From the human T2T-CHM13v2.0 reference genome, Homo sapiens: 64,000 bases of DNA. How positions within the stretch are numbered: the stretch's first letter is position 1; each line of letters begins with the position of its first letter. This document shows positions 48,300 through 62,560 of the stretch, in pieces. The translations under genes were made by a program, and so were the position numbers. The stretch lies in assembly GCF_009914755.1 (NCBI RefSeq), contig NC_060945.1. One strand, given 5' to 3'. The notes beneath the pieces are model-generated. The model did no database searches. It was not told the origin of the DNA and worked only from the letters and a program-made list of their open reading frames with translations.

Positions 48300-49800
48300 A
48301 TATATTTTATACTCTACATGAAATATCAAAGTTCACAAACCATATATTATATACTGTACATAAAATATCAAAGTACCCAAGGTATATATTCTATACTATA
48401 CAAAAAATATCAAAGTACCCAAAGCATGTGTTATATACTGTACATAAAATATGAAAGTACATCAAATATATATTTTATTCTGTACATAAAATATCAAAGT
48501 ACACCAGATATATATTCTATAGTGTACATAAAATATCAAAATACCCAAACTATACATTATATACTGTACATAAAATATGAGATTACATCAAATATATATT
48601 ATATTAGGTACATAAAATATGAAAGTACATCAAATATAGATTATATACTGTACATAAAATATCAAAGTACCCCAAATATACATTATATACTCTACATGAA
48701 ATATCAAAGTTCACAAACTATATATTATATACTGTACATAAAATATCAAAGTACCCAAGGTATATATTCTATACTGTACAAAAAATATCAAAGTACCCAA
48801 AGCATGTATTATATACTGTATATAAATTAAGAAAGTACATTAAATATATATTTTATTCTGTACATAAAATATCAAAGTACACCAGATATATATTCTATAG
48901 TGTACATAAAATAACAAAGTACACAAACTATAAATTATATACTGTACATAAAATATGAAATTACATCAAATATATATTAGGTACATAAAATATGAAAGTA
49001 CATCAAATATAGATTATATACTGTACATATAATATCAATGTACCCCAAATATATATTTTATACTCTATATGAAATATCAAAGTTCACAAACCATACATTA
49101 TATACTGTACATAAAATATCAAAGTACCCAAGGTATATATTCTATACTATACAAAAAATATCAAAGTACCCAAAGCATGTGTTATATACTGTACATAAAA
49201 TATGAAAGTACATCAAATATATATTTTATTCTGTACATAAAATATCAAAGTACACCAGATATATATTCTATAGTGTACATAAAATATCAAAATACCCAAA
49301 CTATACATTATATACTGTACATAAAATATGAGATTACATCAAATATATATTATATTAGGTACATAAAATATGAAAGTACATCAAATATAGATTATATACT
49401 GTACATAAAATATCAAAGTACCCCAAATATACATTATATACTCTACATGAAATATCAAAGTTCACAAACTATATATTATATACTGTACATAAAATATCAA
49501 AGTACCCAAGGTATATATTCTATACTGTACAAAAAATATCAAAGTACCCAAAGCATGTATTATATACTGTATATAAAATAAGAAAGTACATTAAATATAT
49601 ATTTTATTCTGTACATAAAATATCAAAGTACACCAGATATATATTCTATAGTGTACATAAAATAACAAAGTACACAAACTATAAATTATATACTGTACAT
49701 AAAATATGAAATTACATCAAATATATATTAGGTACATAAAATATGAAAGTACATCAAATATAGATTATATACTGTACATATAATATCAATGTACCCCAAA
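48300..49800 (+). repeat. Tandem pair of 751-bp (378+373) dimers; repeated at about 57930-59430
   Basis: Private variants GCATGTG, CAAAATACCC, GAGATTAC, ATATACATT in F and TAAGAAAG each recur 751 bp apart (ORF ends 48830/49581 and 58459/59210). Confidence 0.9.
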
Positions 49801-51399
49801 TATATATTTTATACTCTACATGAAATATCAAAGTTCACAAACCATACATTATATACTGTACATAAAATATCAAAGTACCCAAGGTATATATTCTATACTG
49901 TACGAAAAATATCAAAGTACCCAAAGCATGTATTATATACTGTACATAAAATATGAAAGTACATCAAATATATATTTTATTCTGTACATAAAATATCAAA
50001 GTACACCAGATATATATTCTATAGTGTATATAAAATATCAAAGTACCCAAACTATACATTATATACTGTACATAAAATATGAAATTACATCAAATATATA
50101 TTATATTAGGTACATAAAATATGAAAGTACATGAAATATAGATTATATACTGTACATAAAATATCAAAGTACCCCAAATATATATTATATACTGTACATG
50201 AAATATCAAAGTTCACAAACTATATATTATATACTGTACATAAAATATCAAAGTACCCAAGGTATATATTCTATAGTGTACAAAAAATATCAAAGTACCC
50301 AAAGCATGTATTATATACTGTACATAAAATATAAAATTACATCAAATATATATTTTATTCTGTACATAAAATATCAAAGTACACCAGATATATATACTAT
50401 AGTGTACATAAAATATCAAAGTACCCAAACTATACATTATACACTGTACATATAATATGAAATTACATCAAATATATATTAGGTACATAAAATATGAAAG
50501 TACATCAAATATAGATTATATACTGTACATATAATATCAATGTAACCCAAATATATATTTTATACTCTACATGAAATATCAAAGTTCACAAACTATATAT
50601 TATATACTGTACATAAAATATCAAAGTACCCAAGGTATATATTCTATACTGTACAAAAAATATCAAAGTACACAAAGCATGTATGATATACTGTACATAA
50701 AATATGAAAGTACATCAAATATGTATTTTATTCTGTACATAGAATATCAAAGTACACCAGATATATATTCTATAGTGTACATAATATAACAAAGTACAAA
50801 AACTATACATTATATACTGTACATAAAATATGAAATTACATCAAATATATATTAGGTACATAAAATATGAAAGTACATCAAATATAGATTATATACTGTA
50901 CATAAAATATCAAAGTACCCCAAATATATATTATATAATGTACATGAAATATCAAAGTTCACAAACCATATATTATATACTGTACATAAAATATCAAAGT
51001 ACCCAAGGTATATATTCTATACTGTACAAAAAATATCAATGTACCCAAAGCATGTATTATATACTGTACATAAAATATGAAATTACATCATATATATATT
51101 TTATTCTGTACATAAAATATCAAAGTACACCAAATATATATTATATACTCTACAAGAAATATCAAAGTTCACACACTATATATTATATACTGTACATAAA
51201 ATATCAAAGTACCCAAGGTATATATTCTATACTGTACAAAAAATATCAAAGAACCCAAACCATGTATTATATACTGTACATAAAATATGAAAGTACATCA
51301 AATATATATTTTATTCTGTACATAAAATATCAAAGTACACCAGATATATATTCTATAGTGTACCTAAAATATCAAAGTACCCAAACTATACATTATATA

Positions 51400-53440
51400 C
51401 TGTACATAAAATATGAAATTACATCAAATATATATTATATTAGGTACATAAAATATGAAAGTACATCAAATATAGATTATACACTGTACATAAAATATCA
51501 ATGTACCCCAAATATATATTTTATACTCTACATGAAATACCAAAGTTCACAAACCATATATTATATACTGTACATAAAATATCAAAGTACCCAAGGTATA
51601 TATTCTATACTGTACAAAAAATATCAAAGTACCCAAAGCATGTATTATATACTGTACATAAAATATGAAAGTACATCAAATATATATTTTATTCTGTACA
51701 TAAAATATCAAAGTACACCAGATATATATTCTATAGTGTACATAAAATATCAAAGTACCCAAACTATACATTATATACTGTACATAAAATATGAAATTAC
51801 ATCAAATATATATTATATTAGGTACATAAAATATGAAAGTACATCAAATATAGATTATATACTGTACATAAAATATCAAAGTACCCCAAATATATATTAT
51901 ATACTCTACATGAAATATCAAAGTTCACAAACTATATATTATATACTGTACATAAAATATCAAAGTACCCAAGGTATATATTCTATAATGTACAAAAAAT
52001 ATCAAAGTACCCAAAGCGTGTATTATATACTGTATATAAAATATGAAATTACATCAAATATATATTTTATTCTGTACATAAAATATCAAAGTACACTAGA
52101 TATATATTCTATAGTGTACATAAAATATCAAAGTACCCAAACTATACATTATATACTGTACATAAAATATGAAATTACATCAAATATATATTATATTAGG
52201 TACATAAAATATGAAAGTACATCAAATATAGATTATATACTGTACATTAAATACCAAAGTACCCCAAATATATATTTTATACTGTACATGAAATATCAAA
52301 GTTCACAAACTATATATTATATACTGTACATAAAATATCAAAGTACCCAAGGTATATATTCTATACTGTACAAAAAATATCAAAGTACCCAAAGCATGTA
52401 TTATATACTGTATATAAAATATGAAAGTACATCAAATATATATTTTATTCTGTACATAAAATATCAAAGTACACCAGATATATATTCTATAGTGTACATA
52501 AAATATCAAAGTACCCAAACTATACATTATATACTGTACATAAAATATGAAATTACATCAAATATATTTTATATTAGGTACATAAAATATGAAAGTACAT
52601 CAAATATAGATTATATACTGTACATTAAATACCAAAGTACCCCAAATATATATTTTATGCTGTACATGAAATATCAAAGTTCACAAACTATATATTATAT
52701 ACTGTACATAAAATATCAAAGTACCCAAGGTATATATTCTATACTGTACAAAAAATATCAAAGTACCCAAAGCATGTATTATATACTGTACATAAAATAT
52801 GAAAGTACACCAAATATATATTTTATTCTTTACATAAAATACCAAAGTACACCAGATATATATTCTATAGTGTACATAAAATAACAAAGTACACAAACTA
52901 TAAATTATATACTGTACATAAAATATGAAATTACATCAAATATATATTAGGTACATAAAATATGAAAGTACATCAAATATAGATTATATACTGTACATAA
53001 AATATCAATGTACCGCAAATATATATTTTATACTCTACATGAAATATCAAAGTTCACAAACCATATATTATATACTGTACATAAAATATCAAAGTACCCA
53101 AGGTATATATTCTATACTGTACAAAAAATATCAAAGTACCCAAAGCATGTATTATATACTGTACATAAAATATGAAAGTACACCAAATATATATTTTATT
53201 CTGTACATAAAATATCAAAGTACACCAGATATATATTCTATAGTGTACATAAAATATCAAAGTACCCAAACTATACATTATATACTGTACATAAAATATG
53301 AAATTACATCAAATATATATTAGGTACATAAAATATGAAAGTACATCAAATATAGATTATATACTGTACATAAAATATCAATGTACAACTAATATATATT
53401 TTATACTCTACATGAAATATCAAAGTTCACAAACCATATA
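51400..53440 (+). repeat. Copy of about 27200-29240 (offset 24196)
   Basis: ORF matches 28485/52681, 28729/52925 and 28858/53054; shared GTACACTAG, TTATGCTG, GTACCGCAAA and GTACAACTAAT. Confidence 0.88.
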
Positions 53441-53469
53441 TTATATACTGTACATATAATATCAAAGTA

Positions 53470-56400
53470 CCCAAACTATACATTATATACTGTACATAAA
53501 ATATGAAATTACATCAAATATATTTTATATTAGGTACATAAAATATGAAAGTACATCAAATATAGATTATATACTGTACATTAAATACCAAAGTACCCCA
53601 AATATATATTTTATACTGTACATGAAATATCAAAGTTCACACACTATATATTATATACTGTACATAAAATATCAAAGTACCCAAGGTATATATTCTATAC
53701 TGTACAAAAAATATCAAAGTACCCAAAGCATGTATTATATACTGTATATAAAATATGAAAGTACATTAAAGATATATTTTATTCTGTACATAAAATATCA
53801 AAGTACACCAGATATATATTCTATAGTGTACATAAAATAACAAAGTACACAAACTATAAATTATATACTGTACATAAGATATGAAATTACATCAAATATA
53901 TATTAGGTACATAAAATATGAAAGTACATCAAAAATAGATTATATACTGTACATATAATATCAATGTACCCCAAATATATATTTTATACTCTACATGAAA
54001 TATCAAAGTTCAGAAACCATACATTATATACTGTACATAAAATATCAAAGTACCCAAGGTATATATTCTATACTGTACAGAAAATATCAAAGTACCCAAG
54101 GCATGTATTATATACTGTACATAAAATATGAAAGTACATCAAATATATATTTTATTCTGTACATAAAATATCAAAGTACACCAGATATATATTCTATAGT
54201 GTACATAAAATATCAAAGTACCCAAACTATACATTATATACTGTACATAAAATATGAAATTACATCAAATATATATTAGGTACATAAAATATGAAAGTAC
54301 ATCAAATATAGATTATATACTGTACATATAATATCAAAGTACCCCAAATATATATTATATACTCTACATGAAATATCAAAGTTCACAAACTATATATTAT
54401 ATACTGTACATAAAATATCAAAGTACCCAAGGTATATATTCTATACTGTGCGAAAAATATCAAAGTACCCAAAGCATGTATTATATACTGTATATAAAAT
54501 ATGAAAATACATCAAATATATATTTTATTCTGTACATAAAATATCAAAGTACACCAGATATATATTCTATAGTGTACATAAAATAACAAAGTACACAAAC
54601 TATAAATTATATACTGTACATAAAATATGAAATTACATCAAATATATATTAGGTACATAAAATATGAAAGTACATCAAATATAGATTATATACTGTACAT
54701 ATAATATCAATGTACCCCAAAAATATATTTTATACTCTACATGAAATATCAAAGTTCACAAACCATACATTATATACTGTACATAAAATATCAAAGTACC
54801 CAAGGTATATATTCTATACTGTACAAAAAATATCAAAGTACCCAAAGCATGTATTATATACTGTACATAAAATATGAAAGTACATCAAATATATATTTTA
54901 TTCTGTACATAAAATATCAAAGTACACCAGATATATATTCTATAGTGTACATAAAGTAACAAAGTACACAAACTATACATTATATACTGTACATAAAATA
55001 TGAAATTACATCAAATATATATTAGGTACATAAAATATGAAAGTACATCAAATATAGATTATATACTGTACATAAAATATCAATGTACCCCAAATATATA
55101 TTTTATACTCTACATGAAATATGAAAGTTCACAAACCATATATTATATACTGTACATAAAATATCAAAGTACCCAATGTATATATTCTATACTATACAAA
55201 AAATATCAAAGTACCCAAAGCATGTATTATATACTGTACATAAAATATGAAAGTACATCAAATATATATCTTATTCTGTACATAAAATATCAAAGTACCC
55301 AAACTATACATTATATACTGTACATAAAATATGAAATTACATCAAATATATATTAGGTACATAAAATATGAAAGTACATCAAATATAGATTATATACTGT
55401 ACATAAAATATCAAAGTACCCCAAATATATATTATATACTCTACATGAAATATCAAAGTTCACAAACTATATATTATATACTGTACATATAATATGAAAG
55501 TACCCAAGATATATATTCTATACTGTACAAAAAATATCAAAGTACCAAAAGCATGTATTATATACTGTATATAAAATATGAAAGTACATTAAATATATAT
55601 TTTATTCTGTACATAAAATATCAAAGTACACCAGATATATATTCTATAGTGTACATAAAATAACAAAGTACACAAACTATAAATTATATACTGTACATAA
55701 AATATGAAATTACATCAAATATATATTAGATACATAAAATATGAAAGTACATCAAATATAGATTATATACTGTACATATAATATCAATGTACCCCAAATA
55801 TATATTTTATACTCTACATGAAATATCAAAGTTCACAAACGATACATTATATACTGTACATAAAATATCAAAGTACCCAAGGTATATATTCTATAGTGTA
55901 CAAAAAATATCAAAGTACCCAAAGCATGTATTATATACTGTACATAAAATATGAAAGTACATCAAATATATATTTTATTCTGTACATAAAATATCAAAGT
56001 ACACCAGATATATATTCTATAGTGTACATAAAATATCAAAGTACCCAAACTATACATTATATACTGTACATAAAATATGAAATTACATCAAATATATATT
56101 ATATTAGGTACATAAAATATGAAAGTACATCAAATATAGATTATATACTGTACATAAAATATCAAAGTACCCCAAATATAAATTATATACTGTACATGAA
56201 ATATCAAAGTTCACAACTATATATTATATACTGTACATAAAATATCAAAGTCCCCAAGGTATATATTCTATACTGTACAAAAAATATCAAAGTACCCAAA
56301 GCATGTATTATATACTGTACATAAAATATGAAATTACATCAAATATATATTATATTGGGTACATAAAATATGAAAGTACATCAAATATAGATTATATACT

Positions 56401-57780
56401 GTACATAAAATATCAAAGTACCCCAAATATATATTATATACTGTATATGAAATATCAAAGTTCACAACTATATATTACATACTGTACATAAAATATCAAA
56501 GTACCCAATTTATATATTCTATACTGTACAAAAAATATCAAAGTACGAAAGCATGTATTATATACTGTACATAAAATATGAAACTACATCAAATATATAT
56601 TTTATTCTGTACATAAAATATCAAAGTAAAGAAGATATATATTCTATAGTGTATATAAAATATCAAAGTACCCAAACTATACATTATATACTGTACATAA
56701 AATATGAAATTACATCAAATATGTATTATATTAGGTACATAAAATATGAAAGTACATGAAATATAGATTATATACTGTACATAAAATATCAAAGTACCCC
56801 AAATTTATATTATATACTATACATGAAATATCAAAGTTCACAAACTATATATTATATACTGTACATAAAATATCAAAGTACCCAAGGTATATATTCTATA
56901 GTGTCCAAAAAATATCAAAGTACCCAAAGCATGTATTATATACTGTACATAAAATATAACATTACATCAAATATATATTTTATTCTGTACATAAAATATC
57001 AAAGTACACCAGATATATATACTATAGTGTACATAAAATATCAAAGTACCCAAACTATACAATATACACTGTACATATAATATGAAATTACATCAAATAT
57101 ATATTAGGTACATAAAATATGAAAGTACATCAAATATAGATTATATACTGTACATATAATATCAATGTACCCCAAATATATATTTTATACTCTACATGAA
57201 ATATCAAAGTTCACAAACCATATATTATATAATGTACATAAAATATCAAAGTACCCAAGGTATATATTCTATACTGTACAAAACATATCAAAGTACCCAA
57301 ACCATTTATTATATACTGTACATAAAATATGAAACTACATCAAATATATATTTTATTCTGTACATAAAATATCAAAGTACACCAGATATATATTCTATAG
57401 TGTACATAAAATATCAAAGTACCCAAACTATACATTATATACTGTACATAAAATATGAAATTACATCAAATATATTTTATATTAGGTACATAAAATATGA
57501 AAGTACATCAAATATAGATTATATACTGTACATTAAATACCAAAGTACCCCAAATATATATTTTATACTGTACATGAAATATCAAAGTTCACACACGATA
57601 TATTATATACTGTACATAAAGTATCAAAGTACCCAAGGTATATATTCTATACTGTACAAAAAATATCAAAGTACCCAAAGCATGTATTATATACTGTACA
57701 TAAAATATGAAAGTACATCAAATATATATTTTATTCTGTACATAAAATATCAAAGTACACCAGATATATATTCTATAGTG
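53470..57780 (+). repeat. Copy of about 22850-27160 (offset 30616)
   Basis: ORF starts 23379/53995, 24125/54741, 24384/55000, 25202/55818, 26207/56823 and 26580/57196 are all +30616. Confidence 0.85.
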
Positions 57781-60700
57781 TACATAAAATAACAAAGTAC
57801 ACAAACTATACATTATATACTGTACATAAAATATGAAATTACATCAAATATATATTAGGTACATAAAATATGAAAGTACATCAAATATAGATTATATACT
57901 GTACATAAAATATCAATGTACCCCAAATATATATTTTATACTCTACATGAAATATCAAAGTTCACAAACCATATATTATATACTGTACATAAAATATCAA
58001 AGTACCCAAGGTATATATTCTATACTATACAAAAAATATCAAAGTACCCAAAGCATGTGTTATATACTGTACATAAAATATGAAAGTACATCAAATATAT
58101 ATTTTATTCTGTACATAAAATATCAAAGTACACCAGATATATATTCTATAGTGTACATAAAATATCAAAATACCCAAACTATACATTATATACTGTACAT
58201 AAAATATGAGATTACATCAAATATATATTATATTAGGTACATAAAATATGAAAGTACATCAAATATAGATTATATACTGTACATAAAATATCAAAGTACC
58301 CCAAATATACATTATATACTCTACATGAAATATCAAAGTTCACAAACTATATATTATATACTGTACATAAAATATCAAAGTACCCAAGGTATATATTCTA
58401 TACTGTACAAAAAATATCAAAGTACCCAAAGCATGTATTATATACTGTATATAAATTAAGAAAGTACATTAAATATATATTTTATTCTGTACATAAAATA
58501 TCAAAGTACACCAGATATATATTCTATAGTGTACATAAAATAACAAAGTACACAAACTATAAATTATATACTGTACATAAAATATGAAATTACATCAAAT
58601 ATATATTAGGTACATAAAATATGAAAGTACATCAAATATAGATTATATACTGTACATATAATATCAATGTACCCCAAATATATATTTTATACTCTATATG
58701 AAATATCAAAGTTCACAAACCATTCATTATATACTGTACATAAAATATCAAAGTACCCAAGGTATATATTCTATACTATACAAAAAATATCAAAGTACCC
58801 AAAGCATGTGTTATATACTGTACATAAAATATGAAAGTACATCAAATATATATTTTATTCTGTACATAAAATATCAAAGTACACCAGATATATATTCTAT
58901 AGTGTACATAAAATATCAAAATACCCAAACTATACATTATATACTGTACATAAAATATGAGATTACATCAAATATATATTATATTAGGTACATAAAATAT
59001 GAAAGTACATCAAATATAGATTATATACTGTACATAAAATATCAAAGTACCCCAAATATACATTATATACTCTACATGAAATATCAAAGTTCACAAACTA
59101 TATATTATATACTGTACATAAAATATCAAAGTACCCAAGGTATATATTCTATACTGTACAAAAAATATCAAAGTACCCAAAGCATGTATTATATACTGTA
59201 TATAAAATAAGAAAGTACATTAAATATATATTTTATTCTGTACATAAAATATCAAAGTACACCAGATATATATTCTATAGTGTACATAAAATAACAAAGT
59301 ACACAAACTATAAATTATATACTGTACATAAAATATGAAATTACATCAAATATATATTAGGTACATAAAATATGAAAGTACATCAAATATAGATTATATA
59401 CTGTACATATAATATCAATGTACCCCAAATATATATTTTATACTCTACATGAAATATCAAAGTTCACAAACCATACATTATATACTGTACATAAAATATC
59501 AAAGTACCCAAGGTATATATTCTATACTGTACGAAAAATATCAAAGTACCCAAAGCATGTATTATATACTGTACATAAAATATGAAAGTACATCAAATAT
59601 ATATTTTATTCTGTACATAAAATATCAAAGTACACCAGATATATATTCTATAGTGTATATAAAATATCAAAGTACCCAAACTATACATTATATACTGTAC
59701 ATAAAATATGAAATTACATCAAATATATATTATATTAGGTACATAAAATATGAAAGTACATGAAATATAGATTATATACTGTACATAAAATATCAAAGTA
59801 CCCCAAATATATATTATATACTGTACATGAAATATCAAAGTTCACAAACTATATATTATATACTGTACATAAAATATCAAAGTACCCAAGGTATATATTC
59901 TATAGTGTACAAAAAATATCAAAGTACCCAAAGCATGTATTATATACTGTACATAAAATATAAAATTACATCAAATATATATTTTATTCTGTACATAAAA
60001 TATCAAAGTACACCAGATATATATACTATAGTGTACATAAAATATCAAAGTACCCAAACTATACATTATACACTGTACATATAATATGAAATTACATCAA
60101 ATATATATTAGGTACATAAAATATGAAAGTACATCAAATATAGATTATATACTGTACATATAATATCAATGTAACCCAAATATATATTTTATACTCTACA
60201 TGAAATATCAAAGTTCACAAACTATATATTATATACTGTACATAAAATATCAAAGTACCCAAGGTATATATTCTATACTGTACAAAAAATATCAAAGTAC
60301 ACAAAGCATGTATGATATACTGTACATAAAATATGAAAGTACATCAAATATGTATTTTATTCTGTACATAGAATATCAAAGTACACCAGATATATATTCT
60401 ATAGTGTACATAATATAACAAAGTACAAAAACTATACATTATATACTGTACATAAAATATGAAATTACATCAAATATATATTAGGTACATAAAATATGAA
60501 AGTACATCAAATATAGATTATATACTGTACGTAAAATATCAAAGTACCCCAAATATATATTATATAATGTACATGAAATATCAAAGTTCACAAACCATAT
60601 ATTATATACTGTACATAAAATATCAAAGTACCCAAGGTATATATTCTATACTGTACAAAAAATATCAATGTACCCAAAGCATGTATTATATACTGTACAT

Positions 60701-62560
60701 AAAATATGAAATTACATCATATATATATTTTATTCTGTACATAAAATATCAAAGTACACCAGATATATATTCTATAGTGTACATAAAATATCAAAGTACC
60801 CAATCTATACATTATAAACTGTACATAAAATATGAAATTACATCAAATATATATTAGGTACATAAAATATGAATGTACATCAAATATAGATTATAAACTG
60901 TACATAAAATATCAAAGTACCCTAAATATATATTATATACTCTACAAGAAATATCAAAGTTCACACACTATATATTATATACTGTACATAAAATATCAAA
61001 GTACCCAAGGTATATATTCTATACTGTACAAAAAATATCAAAGAACCCAAACCATGTATTATATACTGTACATAAAATATGAAAGTACATCAAATATATA
61101 TTTTATTCTGTACATAAAATATCAAAGTACACCAGATATATATTCTATAGTGTACCTAAAATATCAAAGTACCCAAACTATACATTATATACTGTACATA
61201 AAATATGAAATTACATCAAATATATATTATATTAGGTACATAAAATATGAAAGTACATCAAATATAGATTATACACTGTACATAAAATATCAATGTACCC
61301 CAAATATATATTTTATACTCTACATGAAATACCAAAGTTCACAAACCATATATTATATACTGTACATAAAATATCAAAGTACCCAAGGTATATATTCTAT
61401 ACTGTACAAAAAATATCAAAGTACCCAAAGCATGTATTATATACTGTACATAAAATATGAAAGTACATCAAATATATATTTTATTCTGTACATAAAATAT
61501 CAAAGTACACCAGATATATATTCTATAGTGTACATAAAATATCAAAGTACCCAAACTATACATTATATACTGTACATAAAATATGAAATTACATCAAATA
61601 TATATTATATTAGGTACATAAAATATGAAAGTACATCAAATATAGATTATATACTGTACATAAAATATCAAAGTACCCCAAATATATATTATATACTCTA
61701 CATGAAATATCAAAGTTCACAAACTATATATTATATACTGTACATAAAATATCAAAGTACCCAAGGTATATATTCTATAATGTACAAAAAATATCAAAGT
61801 ACCCAAAGCGTGTATTATATACTGTATATAAAATATGAAATTACATCAAATATATATTTTATTCTGTACATAAAATATCAAAGTACACTAGATATATATT
61901 CTATAGTGTACATAAAATATCAAAGTACCCAAACTATACATTATATACTGTACATAAAATATGAAATTACATCAAATATATATTATATTAGGTACATAAA
62001 ATATGAAAGTACATCAAATATAGATTATATACTGTACATTAAATACCAAAGTACCCCAAATATATATTTTATACTGTACATGAAATATCAAAGTTCACAA
62101 ACTATATATTATATACTGTACATAAAATATCAAAGTACCCAAGGTATATATTCTATACTGTACAAAAAATATCAAAGTACCCAAAGCATGTATTATATAC
62201 TGTACCTAAAATATGAAAGTACATCAAATATATATTTTATTCTGTACATAAAATATCAAAGTACACCAGATATATATTCTATAGTGTACATAAAATATCA
62301 AAGTACCCAAACTATACATTATATACTGTACATAAAATATGAAATTACATCAAATATATTTTATATTAGGTACATAAAATATGAAAGTACATCAAATATA
62401 GATTATATACTGTACATTAAATACCAAAGTACCCCAAATATATATTTTATGCTGTACATGAAATATCAAAGTTCACAAACTATATATTATATACTGTACA
62501 TAAAATATCAAAGTACCCAAGGTATATATTCTATACTGTACAAAAAATATCAAAGTACCC
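55310..62560 (+). repeat. Near-identical copy of about 45680-52770 (offset 9629, then 9792)
   Basis: Thirteen ORF starts match at +9629 (46189/55818 through 50830/60459). After a 163-bp indel the offset is 9792 (TACAAGAA at 51151/60943). Confidence 0.92.
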
